A DNA stretch of 39,842 bases from the sequence record MZ501081; one strand, given 5' to 3'. The position numbers and the translations under genes were made by a program. This document shows, one piece after another, positions 26,217 through 36,800 of the stretch. How positions within the stretch are numbered: the stretch's first letter is position 1; every line of letters begins with the position of its first letter. The DNA is from Escherichia phage JeanTinguely. The notes under the pieces are model-generated. The model saw only the letters and a list, made by a program, of their open reading frames with translations, had not been told where the DNA came from and did no database searches.

Positions 26217-27248
26217 ATGACTACTATGACTGGTGGACAGCAACTGGGTGCTAACCAAGGTAAAGGTGCAAGTGCTTCTGATAAACTGGCGTTGTTCTTG
26301 AAGGTATTTGGTGGTGAAGTTCTGACTGCATTCGCACGTACCTCTGTGACTACTTCTCGCCACATGGTCCGTTCCATCTCCAGTGGTAAATCTGCTCAGT
26401 TCCCTGTTCTGGGTCGCACTCAGGCAGCGTATCTGGCTCCGGGTGAGAACCTCGATGATAAACGTAAAGACATCAAACACACCGAGAAGGTAATCACCAT
26501 TGACGGTCTCCTGACGGCTGACGTTCTGATTTACGATATTGAGGACGCGATGAACCACTATGACGTTCGCTCTGAGTATACCTCTCAGTTGGGTGAATCT
26601 CTGGCTATGGCTGCTGATGGTGCGGTTCTGGCTGAGATTGCTGGCCTGTGTAACTTGGCGGGCGACTCTAATGAGAACATTGATGGCTTGGGTACTGCTA
26701 CCGTAATTGAGACCACTCAGGACAAGGCGGCACTTACCGACCAAGTTGCTCTGGGTAAGGAGATTATTGCGGCTCTGACCAAAGCTCGTGCGGCTCTGAC
26801 CAAGAACTATGTTCCAGCTGCTGACCGCGTGTTCTACTGCGACCCAGATAGCTACTCTGCGATTCTGGCTGCGCTGATGCCGAACGCGGCAAACTACGCC
26901 GCTCTGATTGACCCTGAGAAGGGTTCTATCCGCAACGTTATGGGCTTTGAGGTTGTAGAAGTTCCGCACCTCACCGCTGGTGGCGCTGGTACTACTCGTG
27001 AGGATACTACTGGCCAGAAGCACGCCTTCCCTGCCACTAAGAGTGGTAACGACAAGGTTGCTAAGGACAACGTTATCGGCCTGTTCATGCACCGCTCTGC
27101 GGTAGGTACTGTTAAACTGCGCGACTTGGCTCTGGAGCGCGCTCGCCGTGCTAACTTCCAAGCAGACCAGATTATTGCTAAGTACGCAATGGGCCACGGT
27201 GGTCTGCGTCCAGAAGCTGCTGGTGCAGTGGTTTTCAAGGGGAAGTAA
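26217..27248 (+). CDS. 10A: Major capsid protein gp10A, 343 aa
   Basis: MTTMTGGQQLGANQGKGASASDKLALFLKVFGGEVLTAFARTSV... colinear with T7 gp10A. Confidence 0.97.
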   Translation: MTTMTGGQQLGANQGKGASASDKLALFLKVFGGEVLTAFARTSVTTSRHMVRSISSGKSAQFPVLGRTQAAYLAPGENLDDKRKDIKHTEKVITIDGLLTADVLIYDIEDAMNHYDVRSEYTSQLGESLAMAADGAVLAEIAGLCNLAGDSNENIDGLGTATVIETTQDKAALTDQVALGKEIIAALTKARAALTKNYVPAADRVFYCDPDSYSAILAALMPNAANYAALIDPEKGSIRNVMGFEVVEVPHLTAGGAGTTREDTTGQKHAFPATKSGNDKVAKDNVIGLFMHRSAVGTVKLRDLALERARRANFQADQIIAKYAMGHGGLRPEAAGAVVFKGK

Positions 27249-27403
27249 TGCTGGAGGTTGCCTCAACGGTAGCTGCTAGTCCCGAAGAGGAGAGTGTTAC
27301 TTCAACAGAAGAAACCTTAACGCCAGCACAGAAGGCCGCACGCACCCGCGCTGCTAACAAAGCCCGAAAGGAAGCTGAGTTGGCTGCTGCCACCGCTGAG
27401 TAG
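27230..27403 (+). CDS. 10B: Minor capsid protein gp10B C-terminal extension reached by -1 ribosomal frameshift
   Basis: Slippery G GUU UUC at 27230-27236; the -1 frame continues ...MLEVASTVAASPEEESVTSTEETLTPAQKAARTRAANKARKEAELAAATAE to TAG at 27401-27403, matching the T7 10B tail. Confidence 0.7.
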   Translation, partial: GFQGEVMLEVASTVAASPEEESVTSTEETLTPAQKAARTRAANKARKEAELAAATAE

Positions 27404-27413
27404 TAACTAGCAT

Positions 27414-27454
27414 AACCCCTTGGGGCCTCTAAACGGGTCTTGAGGGGTTTTTTG
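27414..27454 (+). terminator. Tphi late transcription terminator
   Basis: GC-rich hairpin aaccccttggggcctctaaacgggtcttgagggg followed by tttttt; same sequence as the classical T7 terminator. Confidence 0.88.
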
Positions 27455-27471
27455 CTGAAAGGAGGAACTAT

Positions 27472-28062
27472 ATGCGCTCTTACGATATGAACGTTGAGAC
27501 TGCCGCTGAGTTATCCGCTGTGAACGACATTCTGGCATCTATCGGGGAACCTCCGGTATCGACGCTGGAAGGTGATGCTAACGCAGACGTGGCGAACGCT
27601 CGACGTATTCTCAATAAGATTAACCGACAGATTCAGTCTCGTGGCTGGACGTTCAACATTGAGGAAGGTGTAACGCTCTTACCTGATGTTTACTCCAACC
27701 TGATTGTATACAGTGATGACTATTTATCCTTAATGGCTACTTCCGGTCAATCCATCTACGTCAACCGAGGTGGCTATGTGTATGACCGAATGAATCAAAC
27801 AGACCGCTTTGACTCTGGCATTACTGTGAACATTATACGTCTTCGAGACTACGATGAGATGCCTGAGTGCTTCCGCTACTGGATAGTAACCAAGGCTTCC
27901 CGTCAGTTCAACAACCGATTCTTTGGGGCACCAGAAGTAGAGGGTGTACTCCAAGAAGAGGAAGATGAGGCTAGACGCCTCTGTATGGAGTACGAAGTGG
28001 ACTACGGTGGGTACAATATGCTGGATGGCGATGCGTTCACTTCTGGTCTACTGACTCGCTAA
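27472..28062 (+). CDS. 11: Tail tubular protein A (gp11), 196 aa
   Basis: [66 protein letters not shown]... Confidence 0.95.
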   Translation: MRSYDMNVETAAELSAVNDILASIGEPPVSTLEGDANADVANARRILNKINRQIQSRGWTFNIEEGVTLLPDVYSNLIVYSDDYLSLMATSGQSIYVNRGGYVYDRMNQTDRFDSGITVNIIRLRDYDEMPECFRYWIVTKASRQFNNRFFGAPEVEGVLQEEEDEARRLCMEYEVDYGGYNMLDGDAFTSGLLTR

Positions 28063-28082
28063 TAATCAATAAGGAGGCTCTA

Positions 28083-30467
28083 ATGGCACTCATTAGCCAA
28101 TCAATCAAGAACTTGAAGGGTGGTATCAGCCAACAGCCTGACATCCTTCGTTATCCAGACCAAGGGTCACGCCAAGTTAACGGTTGGTCTTCGGAGACCG
28201 AGGGCCTCCAAAAGCGTCCACCTCTGGTTTTCCTTAAGACACTGGGAGGAAGCGGTGACTTAGGGCAAGCACCTTTAATCCACTTGATTAACCGTGATGA
28301 GAACGAACAGTATTACGCTGTGTTCACTGGTACAGGAATCCGTGTGTTTGACCTTGCTGGTAACGAGAAGCAAGTCAGGTATCCTAACGGTTCCAACTAC
28401 ATCAAGACCGCTAATCCACGTAACGACCTGCGAATGGTTACTGTAGCAGACTATACGTTCATCGTTAACCGTAACGTTGTTGTACAGAAGAACACAAAGT
28501 CTGTCAACTTACAGAATTACAACCCTAAGCAAGACGGATTGATTAACGTGCGTGGTGGTCAGTATGGTAGGGAACTAATTATACACATTAACGGTAAAGA
28601 CGTTGCTAAGTATAAGATCCCAGATGGTAGTAAGCCTGAACACGTAAACAATACGGATGCCCAATGGTTAGCCGAAGAGTTAGCCAAGCAGATGCGCACT
28701 AACTTGTCTGGTTGGACTGTAAATGTAGGGCAAGGGTTCATCCATGTGGCCGCACCTAGCGGTCAACAGATTAACTCCTTCACTACTAAAGATGGATACG
28801 CAGACCAGTTGATTAACCCTGTGACCCACTACGCTCAGTCGTTCTCTAAGTTGCCACCTAATGCTCCTAACGGCTACATTGTGAAAATCGTAGGGGACTC
28901 CTCTAGGTCTGCCGACCAGTATTACGTTCGGTATGACGCTGAGCGGAAAGTTTGGGTTGAGACTTTAGGTTGGGACACTGAGAACCAAGTTCTATGGGAA
29001 ACCATGCCACACGCTCTTGTGCGAGCCGCTGATGGCAATTTCGACTTCAAGTGGCTTGAGTGGTCTCCTAAGTCTTGTGGTGACGTTGATACCAACCCTT
29101 GGCCTTCTTTTGTTGGTTCAAATATTAACGATGTGTTCTTCTTCCGTAACCGCTTAGGATTCCTTAGTGGGGAGAACATCATATTGAGCCGTACAGCCAA
29201 ATACTTCAACTTCTACCCTGCGTCCATTGCTAACCTTAGTGATGACGACCCTATAGACGTAGCTGTGAGTACCAACCGAATATCAATCCTTAAGTACGCC
29301 GTTCCGTTCTCAGAAGAGTTACTCATCTGGTCAGACGAAGCACAGTTCGTTCTGACAGCGTCCGGCACCCTTACATCGAAGTCTGTTGAGTTGAACCTGA
29401 CGACTCAGTTTGACGTGCAGGACAGAGCGAGACCTTATGGGATTGGGCGTAATGTCTACTTTGCTAGTCCGAGGTCCAGCTTCACGTCCATTTACAGATA
29501 TTACGCTGTGCAGGACGTAAGTTCCGTTAAGAACGCTGAGGACATTACAGCGCACGTTCCTAACTACATCCCTAATGGTGTGTTCAGCATTTGTGGTAGT
29601 GGTACTGAAAACTTCTGTTCTGTGCTATCTCACGGGGACCCAAGTAAAATCTTCATTTACAAATTCCTGTACCTGAACGAAGAGTTAAGGCAACAGTCGT
29701 GGTCTCACTGGGACTTTGGGGCAAACGTGCAGGTTCTGGCTTGTCAGAGCATCGGCTCGGATATGTACGTTATTCTTCGCAATGAGTTCAATACGTTTCT
29801 AGCTAAAATATCCTTCACTAAGAATGCCATTGACTTACAAGGTGAACCCTATCGTGCCTTTATGGATATGAAGGTTCGCTACGTGATTCCTAGTGGAACA
29901 TACAACGATGATACCTTCACTACCTCTATCCACATTCCAACAATCTATGGCGCAAACTTCAGGAGAGGCAAAATCACTGTATTGGAACCTGATGGTAAGA
30001 TAGCCATATTTGAGCAACCTACTGCTGGGTGGAATAGTGACCCTTGGCTGAGACTCAACGGTAACTTAGAGGGACGAACGGTGTACATTGGGTTCAACAT
30101 TAACTTCGTCTATGAGTTCTCTAAGTTTCTCATCAAGCAGACTGCCGACGATGGGTCTACATCCCCGGAAGACATTGGTCGCTTACAGTTACGCCGAGCG
30201 TGGGTTAACTACGAGGAATCTGGTACGTTCGATATTTATGTTGAGAACCAATCGTCCAACTGGAAGTATACAATGGCTGGTGCTCGCTTAGGCTCTAACA
30301 CTCTGAGGGCTGGGCGATTGAACTTAGGGACCGGACAATACCGATTCCCTGTGGTGGGTAACGCCAAGTTCAATACCGTGTCCATCTTGTCTGATGAGAC
30401 TACCCCACTGAACATAATTGGGTGTGGCTGGGAAGGTAACTACTTACGGAGAAGTTCCGGTATTTAA
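28083..30467 (+). CDS. 12: Tail tubular protein B (gp12), 794 aa
   Basis: MALISQSIKNLKGGISQQPDILRYPDQGSRQVNGWSSETEGLQKRPP... Confidence 0.95.
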   Translation: MALISQSIKNLKGGISQQPDILRYPDQGSRQVNGWSSETEGLQKRPPLVFLKTLGGSGDLGQAPLIHLINRDENEQYYAVFTGTGIRVFDLAGNEKQVRYPNGSNYIKTANPRNDLRMVTVADYTFIVNRNVVVQKNTKSVNLQNYNPKQDGLINVRGGQYGRELIIHINGKDVAKYKIPDGSKPEHVNNTDAQWLAEELAKQMRTNLSGWTVNVGQGFIHVAAPSGQQINSFTTKDGYADQLINPVTHYAQSFSKLPPNAPNGYIVKIVGDSSRSADQYYVRYDAERKVWVETLGWDTENQVLWETMPHALVRAADGNFDFKWLEWSPKSCGDVDTNPWPSFVGSNINDVFFFRNRLGFLSGENIILSRTAKYFNFYPASIANLSDDDPIDVAVSTNRISILKYAVPFSEELLIWSDEAQFVLTASGTLTSKSVELNLTTQFDVQDRARPYGIGRNVYFASPRSSFTSIYRYYAVQDVSSVKNAEDITAHVPNYIPNGVFSICGSGTENFCSVLSHGDPSKIFIYKFLYLNEELRQQSWSHWDFGANVQVLACQSIGSDMYVILRNEFNTFLAKISFTKNAIDLQGEPYRAFMDMKVRYVIPSGTYNDDTFTTSIHIPTIYGANFRRGKITVLEPDGKIAIFEQPTAGWNSDPWLRLNGNLEGRTVYIGFNINFVYEFSKFLIKQTADDGSTSPEDIGRLQLRRAWVNYEESGTFDIYVENQSSNWKYTMAGARLGSNTLRAGRLNLGTGQYRFPVVGNAKFNTVSILSDETTPLNIIGCGWEGNYLRRSSGI

Positions 30468-30497
30468 TTAAGTGTTCTCCCTGTGGTGGTTCGAAAT

Positions 30498-30520
30498 TAA
30501 TACGACTCACTATAGGGAGA
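30498..30520 (+). promoter_or_regulatory. T7 RNAP class III promoter phi13
   Basis: Perfect consensus. Confidence 0.9.
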
Positions 30521-30547
30521 ACAATACGACTACGGGAGGGTTTTCTT

Positions 30548-30964
30548 ATGATGATTATAAGACCTACTAAAAGTACAGACTTTGAGGTATTCACTCCGGC
30601 TCACCATGACATTCTTGAAGCTAAGGCTGCTGGTATTGAGCCGAGTTTCCCTGATGCTTCCGAGTGTGTCACGTTGAGCCTCTACGGGTTCCCTCTAGCT
30701 ATCGGTGGTAACTGTGGGGGCCAATGCTGGTTCGTTACGAGCGACCAAGTGTGGCGACTTAGTGGAAAAGCTAAGCGAGAGTTCCGTAAGTTAATCATGG
30801 AGTATCGCGATAAGATGCTTGAGAAGTATGATACTCTTTGGAATTACGTATGGGTAGGCAATACGTCCCACATTCGTTTCCTCAAGACTATCGGTGCGGT
30901 ATTCCATGAAGAGTACACACGGGATGGTCAATTTCAGTTATTTACAATCACGAAAGGAGGATAA
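30548..30964 (+). CDS. 13: Internal virion protein A (gp13), 138 aa
   Basis: MMIIRPTKSTDFEVFTPAHHDILEAKAAGIEPSFPDASECVTLSLYGFPLAIGGNCGGQCWF... Confidence 0.9.
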   Translation: MMIIRPTKSTDFEVFTPAHHDILEAKAAGIEPSFPDASECVTLSLYGFPLAIGGNCGGQCWFVTSDQVWRLSGKAKREFRKLIMEYRDKMLEKYDTLWNYVWVGNTSHIRFLKTIGAVFHEEYTRDGQFQLFTITKGG

Positions 30965-30968
30965 CAAT

Positions 30969-31559
30969 ATGTGTTGGGCAGCCGCAATTCCTATCGCTAT
31001 AGCTGGTGCTCAGGCTATCAGTGGTCAGAACACTCAGGCCAAAATGATTGCCGCTCAGACCGCTGCTGGTCGTCGTCAAGCCTTTGAACTTATGAAGCAG
31101 ACGAACATCCAGAATGCTGACCTATCGCTGCAAGCTAGAAGTAAACTTGAGGAAGCGTCCTCTGAGTTGACCGCTCAGAACATGCAGAAGGTCCAAGCTC
31201 TGGGGTCTATCCGAGCGGCTATCGGGGAGAGTATGCTTGAGGGTTCCTCAATGGACCGCATTAAGCGAGTCACAGATGGACAGTTCATTCGGGAAGCCAA
31301 TATGGTGACTGAGAACTATCGTCGTGACTATCAAGCAATATTCGCACAGCAACTTGGCGGTACTCAAAGTGCTGCAAGCCAGATTAGAGAAATCTATAAG
31401 GGCGAACAGAAGCAGAAGAGTAAGCTACAGATGGTTCTGGACCCACTGGCTATCATGGGGTCTTCCGCTGCGAGTGCTTATGCATCCGGTGCGTTCGACT
31501 CTAAGCCCACAACTAAGGCACCTATTGTTGCCGCTAAAGGAACCAAGACGGGGAGGTAA
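30969..31559 (+). CDS. 14: Internal virion protein B (gp14), 196 aa
   Basis: MCWAAAIPIAIAGAQAISGQNTQAKMIAAQTAAGRRQAFE...; ATG after RBS aaggagg; the ORF-track start at 30894 is trimmed. Confidence 0.9.
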   Translation: MCWAAAIPIAIAGAQAISGQNTQAKMIAAQTAAGRRQAFELMKQTNIQNADLSLQARSKLEEASSELTAQNMQKVQALGSIRAAIGESMLEGSSMDRIKRVTDGQFIREANMVTENYRRDYQAIFAQQLGGTQSAASQIREIYKGEQKQKSKLQMVLDPLAIMGSSAASAYASGAFDSKPTTKAPIVAAKGTKTGR

Positions 31560-31565
31560 TAAGCT

Positions 31566-33809
31566 ATGAGTAAAATTGAATCTGCCCTTCAAGCGGCACA
31601 ACCGGGACTCTCTCGGTTACGTGGTGGCGCTGGTGGTATGGGCTATCGTGCAGCAACCACTCAAGCTGGACAACCAAGGTCAAGCCTATTGGACACCATT
31701 GGTCGGTTCGCTCAGGCTGGTGCTGATATGTATACCGCTAAGGAACAGAGAGCACGAGACCTAGCTGACGAACGCTCCAACGAGATTATTCGTAAGCTGA
31801 CCCCTGAGCAACGTCGAGAAGCTCTCAACAATGGGACCCTTCTGTATCAGGATGACCCATACGCTATGGAGGCACTGCGAGTCAAGACTGGTCGTAACGC
31901 TGCGTACCTTGTGGACGACGACGTTATGCAGAAGATCAAAGAGGGTGTCTTCCGTACTCGTGAAGAAATGGAAGAGTATCGTCACAGTCGTCTTCAAGAG
32001 GGCGCTAAGGCATACGCTGAGCAGTTTGGTATTGACCCTGATGACGTTGACTATCAGCGTGGTTTCAACGGGGACATCACCGAGCGTAACATCTCGCTGT
32101 ATGGCGCACATGATAACTTCTTGAGCCAGCAAGCTCAGAAGGGTGCCATCATGAACAGCCGAGTGGAACTCAACAGTGTCCTTCAAGACCCTGATATGCT
32201 GCGTCGTCCAGACTCTGCGGACTTCTTTGAGAAGTACATCGACAACGGTCTGGTTACTGGAGCAATCCCGTCGGACGCTCAGGCTACACAGCTTATAAGC
32301 CAAGCGTTCAGTGACGCTTCTAGCCGTGCTGGTGGTGCTGACTTCCTGATGCGAGTCGGTGACAAGAAGGTAACACTTAACGGAGCCACTACGACTTACC
32401 GAGAGTTGATGGGTGAAGAACAGTGGAATGCTCTCATGGTCACAGCACAACGTTCTCAGTTTGAGAATGACGCTAAGCTGAACGAGCAGTACCGCTTGAA
32501 GATTAACTCTGCGCTGAACCAAGAGGACCCTCGTATTGCATGGGAGATGCTTCAAGGTATCAAGGCTGAACTAGATAAGGTTCAACCTGATGAGCAGATG
32601 ACACCACAGCGTGAGTGGTTAATCTCGGCACAGGAGCAAGTTCAGAATCAGATGAACGCATGGACGAAAGCTCAAGCAAAAGCTCTGGATGACTCAATGA
32701 AGTCTATGAACAAACTTGACGTAATAGACAAGCAGTTCCAGAAGCGAATCAACGGTGAGTGGGTCTCAACGGACTTTAAGGACATGCCAACAAACGAGAA
32801 CACTGGTGAGTTCAAGCATAGTGATATGGTTAACTATGCCAATAAGAAGCTCGCGGAGATTGACCGCATGGATATTCCAGATGGCGCTAAGGACGCTATG
32901 AAGTTGAAGTACCTTCAAGCGGACTCTAAGGACGGAGCATTCCGTACAGCTATCGGGACTATGGTCACTGATGCTGCTCAGGAGTGGTCTGCCGCTGTGA
33001 TTAACGGTAAGTTACCAGAACGAACACCAGCTCTGGACGCTCTCCGTAGAATCCGTAATGCCGACCCTCAGTTGATTGCTGCGCTATATCCAGACCAAGC
33101 TGAGTTGTTCCTGACGATGGACATGATGGACAAGCAGGGTATTGACCCTCAGGTTATTCTTGATGCCGACCGACTGAGTGTTAAGCGGTCCAAAGAGCAA
33201 CGCTTTGAGGACGATAAAGCATTCGAGTCTGCACTGAACGCGTCTAAGGCTCCTGAGATTGCCCGTATGCCAGCGTCACTACGTGAATCTGCGCGTAAGA
33301 TCTATGACTCAGTTAAGTATCGCTCAGGTAACGAAAGTATGGCTATGGAGCAGATGACCAAGTTCCTTAAGGAATCTACCTACACGTTCACTGGTGACGA
33401 TGTTGATGGTGATACCATTGGTGTAATTCCGAAGAACATGATGCAAGTCAACTCTGACCCGAAATCGTGGGAGCAAGGTCGTGATATTCTGGAGGAAGCA
33501 CGTAAGGGAATCATTGCGAGCAACCCTTGGATAACTAATAAGCAACTGACCGTATATTCACAAGGTGATTCCATTTACCTTATGGACACAACTGGTCAAG
33601 TCCGAGTACGATACGACAAAGAGTTACTCTCGAAGGTCTGGAGTGAGAACCAGAAGAAACTCGAAGAGAAAGCTCGCGAGAAGGCTCTGGCTGATGTTAA
33701 CAAGCGAGCACCTATAGTTGCCGCAACGAAAGCCCGTGAAGCTGCTGCTAAACGAGTCAGAGAGAAACGTAAACAGACTCCTAAGTTCATCTATGGACGT
33801 AAGGAGTAA
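31566..33809 (+). CDS. 15: Internal virion protein C (gp15), 747 aa
   Basis: MSKIESALQAAQPGLSRLRGGAGGMGYRAATTQAGQPRSSLLDTIGRFAQAGADMYTAKEQ... colinear with T7 gp15. Confidence 0.95.
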   Translation: MSKIESALQAAQPGLSRLRGGAGGMGYRAATTQAGQPRSSLLDTIGRFAQAGADMYTAKEQRARDLADERSNEIIRKLTPEQRREALNNGTLLYQDDPYAMEALRVKTGRNAAYLVDDDVMQKIKEGVFRTREEMEEYRHSRLQEGAKAYAEQFGIDPDDVDYQRGFNGDITERNISLYGAHDNFLSQQAQKGAIMNSRVELNSVLQDPDMLRRPDSADFFEKYIDNGLVTGAIPSDAQATQLISQAFSDASSRAGGADFLMRVGDKKVTLNGATTTYRELMGEEQWNALMVTAQRSQFENDAKLNEQYRLKINSALNQEDPRIAWEMLQGIKAELDKVQPDEQMTPQREWLISAQEQVQNQMNAWTKAQAKALDDSMKSMNKLDVIDKQFQKRINGEWVSTDFKDMPTNENTGEFKHSDMVNYANKKLAEIDRMDIPDGAKDAMKLKYLQADSKDGAFRTAIGTMVTDAAQEWSAAVINGKLPERTPALDALRRIRNADPQLIAALYPDQAELFLTMDMMDKQGIDPQVILDADRLSVKRSKEQRFEDDKAFESALNASKAPEIARMPASLRESARKIYDSVKYRSGNESMAMEQMTKFLKESTYTFTGDDVDGDTIGVIPKNMMQVNSDPKSWEQGRDILEEARKGIIASNPWITNKQLTVYSQGDSIYLMDTTGQVRVRYDKELLSKVWSENQKKLEEKAREKALADVNKRAPIVAATKAREAAAKRVREKRKQTPKFIYGRKE

Positions 33810-33835
33810 CTAAAGGCTACATAAGGAGGCCCTAA

Positions 33836-36800
33836 ATGGATAAGTACGATAAGAACGTACCAAGTGAGTATGATGGTCTGTTCCAGAAGGCGGCTGATGC
33901 CACAGGGGTCTCTTATGACCTTTTACGTAAAGTCGCTTGGACGGAATCACGATTTGTACCTACAGCTAAATCTAAGACTGGACCGCTAGGGATGATGCAA
34001 TTCACCAAGGCTACCGCTAAGGCCCTTGGTCTGCGAGTTACCGATGGTCCAGATGATGACCGACTGAACCCTGAGTTGGCTATCAATGCTGCTGCCAAGC
34101 ACCTTGCTGAACTGGTGAGTAAATTCGATGGGGACGAACTTAAGGCGGCCCTTGCGTACAATCAAGGTGAGGGACACTTTGGTAATCCACAACTTGAGGC
34201 GTACTCCAAGGGAGACTTCGCGTCCATCTCTGAGGAAGGACGGAACTACATGCGTAACCTTCTGGATGTTGCTAAGTCACCTATGGCTGGACAGTTGGAA
34301 ACTTTTGGAGGTATCACCCCAAAGGGTAAAGGCATTCCGGCTGAGGTAGGATTGGCTGGAATCGGTCACAGTCAGAAAGTAACGCGGGAACTTCCTGAGT
34401 CCACAAGTTTTGACGTTAAGGGTATCGAACAGGAGGCTCCGGCGAAACCATTCGCCAAGGACTTTTGGGAGACCCACGGAGAGACACTTGACGAGTACAA
34501 TAATCGTTCAACCTTCTTCGGATTCAAAAATGCTGCCGAAGCTGAACTCTCAAACTCAGTAGCTGGGATGGCTTTCCGTGCTGGTCGTCTCGACAATGGT
34601 TTTGACGTGTTTAAAGACACCATTACGCCGACTCGCTGGAACTCTCACATCTGGACTCCAGAAGAGTTAGAGAAGATTAGAAAAGAGGTTAAGAACCCTG
34701 CGTACATCAACGTGGTAACTGGTGGTTCCCCTGAGAATCTTGACGACCTCATAAAGATGGCTAACGAGAACTTTGAGGCTGACTCCCGCGCTGCCGAAGC
34801 TGGCCTAGGTGCCAAACTGAGTGCTGGCGTTATTGGCGCTGGTGTGGACCCACTTAGCTATGTTCCTATGGTCGGTGTAACTGGTAAGGGCTTTAAGTTA
34901 ATCAATAAGGCTCTCGTAGTTGGTGCAGAAAGTGCTACTCTGAACGTTGCATCCGAAGGTCTCCGTACCTCTGTAGCGGGTGGTGATGCAGACTATGCTG
35001 GTGCGACCTTAGGTGGCTTTGTGTTTGGCGCTGGTATGTCTGCAATCAGTGACGCTGTAGCTGCTGGCCTGAAACGTAGTAAACCAGAAGCTGAGTTCGA
35101 CAATGAGTTCATCGGTCCTATGATGCGAATGGAAGCCCGTGAGACCGCACGCAACGCCAACTCTACGGACCTCTCTCGGATGAACACTGAGAACATGAAG
35201 TTTGAAGGTGAACATAATGGTGTCCCTTATGCGGAATTACCAACAGAGAGAGGTGCCGTGGTGTTGCATGATGGCTCCGTCCTAAGTGCAAGCAACCCAA
35301 TCAACCCTAAGACTCTCAAAGAGTTCTCAGAGGTTGACCCTGAGAAGGCAGCACGAGGAATCAAACTTGCTGGGTTCACCGAGATTGGTTTGAAGACCTT
35401 GGGGTCTGACGATGCTGACATCCGTAGCGTGGCTATCGACCTCGTTCGCTCTCCTACTGGTATGCAGTCTGGTGCCTCAGGTAAGTTCGGTGCAACAGCT
35501 TCTGACATCCACGAGAGACTTCATTGTACTGACCAGCGTACTTATAATGACTTGTACAAAGCAATGTCTGACGCTATGAAAGACCCTGAGTTCTCTACTG
35601 GCGGTGCTAAGATGTCCCGTGAAGAAGTTCGCTACACTATCTATCGTAGAGCGGCACTGGCTATTGAGCGTCCAGAGTTACAGAAGGCACTTACTCCGTC
35701 TGAGAGAATCGTTATGGACATCATTAAGCGTCACTTTGACACCAAGCGTGAACTTATGGAAAACCCAGCAATCTTCGGTAACACAAAGGCTGTGAGTATC
35801 TTCCCTGAGAGTCGTCACAAAGGGACTTACGTTCCTCACGTATACGACCGTCACGCCAAGGCGCTGATGATTCAACGCTACGGTGCCGAAGGTTTACAGG
35901 AAGGTATTGCTCGTTCGTGGATGAACAGCTACGTCTCCAGACCTGAGGTCAAGGCCAGAGTCGATGAGACGCTTAAGGAAGTACACGGGGTGAATGAAGT
36001 AACGCCAGAGATGGTAGAGAAGTACGCTATGGATAAGGCTTACGGTATCTCCCATTCAGACCAGTTCACCAATAGTTCCATAATCGAAGAGAACATTGAG
36101 GGCTTAGTAGGTATCGAGAACAACTCATTCCTTGAGGCGCGTAACTTGTTTGATTCGGACCTATCCATCACTATGCCAGACGGACAGCAATTCTCAGTGA
36201 ACGACCTAAGGGACTTCGATATGTTCCGCATCATGCCAGCGTATGACCGCCGTATCAACGGTGACATCGCCATCATGGGGTCTACTGGTAAAACCACTAA
36301 GGAACTTAAGGATGAGATTCTAGCTCTCAAAGCGAAAGCTGAGGGAGACGGTAAGAAGACTGGCGAGGTTCATGCCCTAATGGATACCGTTAAGATTCTT
36401 ACTGGTCGCGCTAGACGCAATCAGGACACTGTGTGGGAAACAGCACTGCGTTCCATCAATGACCTAGGGTTCTTCGCTAAGAACGCCTATATGGGTGCTC
36501 AGAACATTACGGAGATTTCTGGGATGATTGTCACTGGTAACGTGCGCGCTCTCGGTCACGGTATCCCAATTCTGCGCGATATACTCTACAAGTCTAAACC
36601 AGTTTCCGCTAAGGAACTCAAGGAACTCCATGCGTCTCTGTTCGGGAAGGAGGTGGACCAGTTGATTCGACCTAAACGTGCTGACATTGTGCAGCGCCTA
36701 AGGGAAGCAACTGATACCGGACCTGCTGTGGCGAACATCGTAGGGACCTTGAAGTATTCCACACAGGAACTGGCTGCTCGTTCACCTTGGACGATGATGT

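Noticed and set aside
26178-27266. 362-aa ORF on the minus strand spanning the whole capsid gene
   Set aside because: Exactly antisense to gene 10A, which has strong homology, a perfect phi10 promoter and a strong RBS; no promoter or RBS on the minus strand. Long antisense frames are expected opposite highly expressed, codon-biased genes.
31761-32555. 264-aa minus-strand ORF inside gene 15
   Set aside because: Antisense to a well-supported structural gene; the whole genome is transcribed left to right and no minus-strand signals are present.
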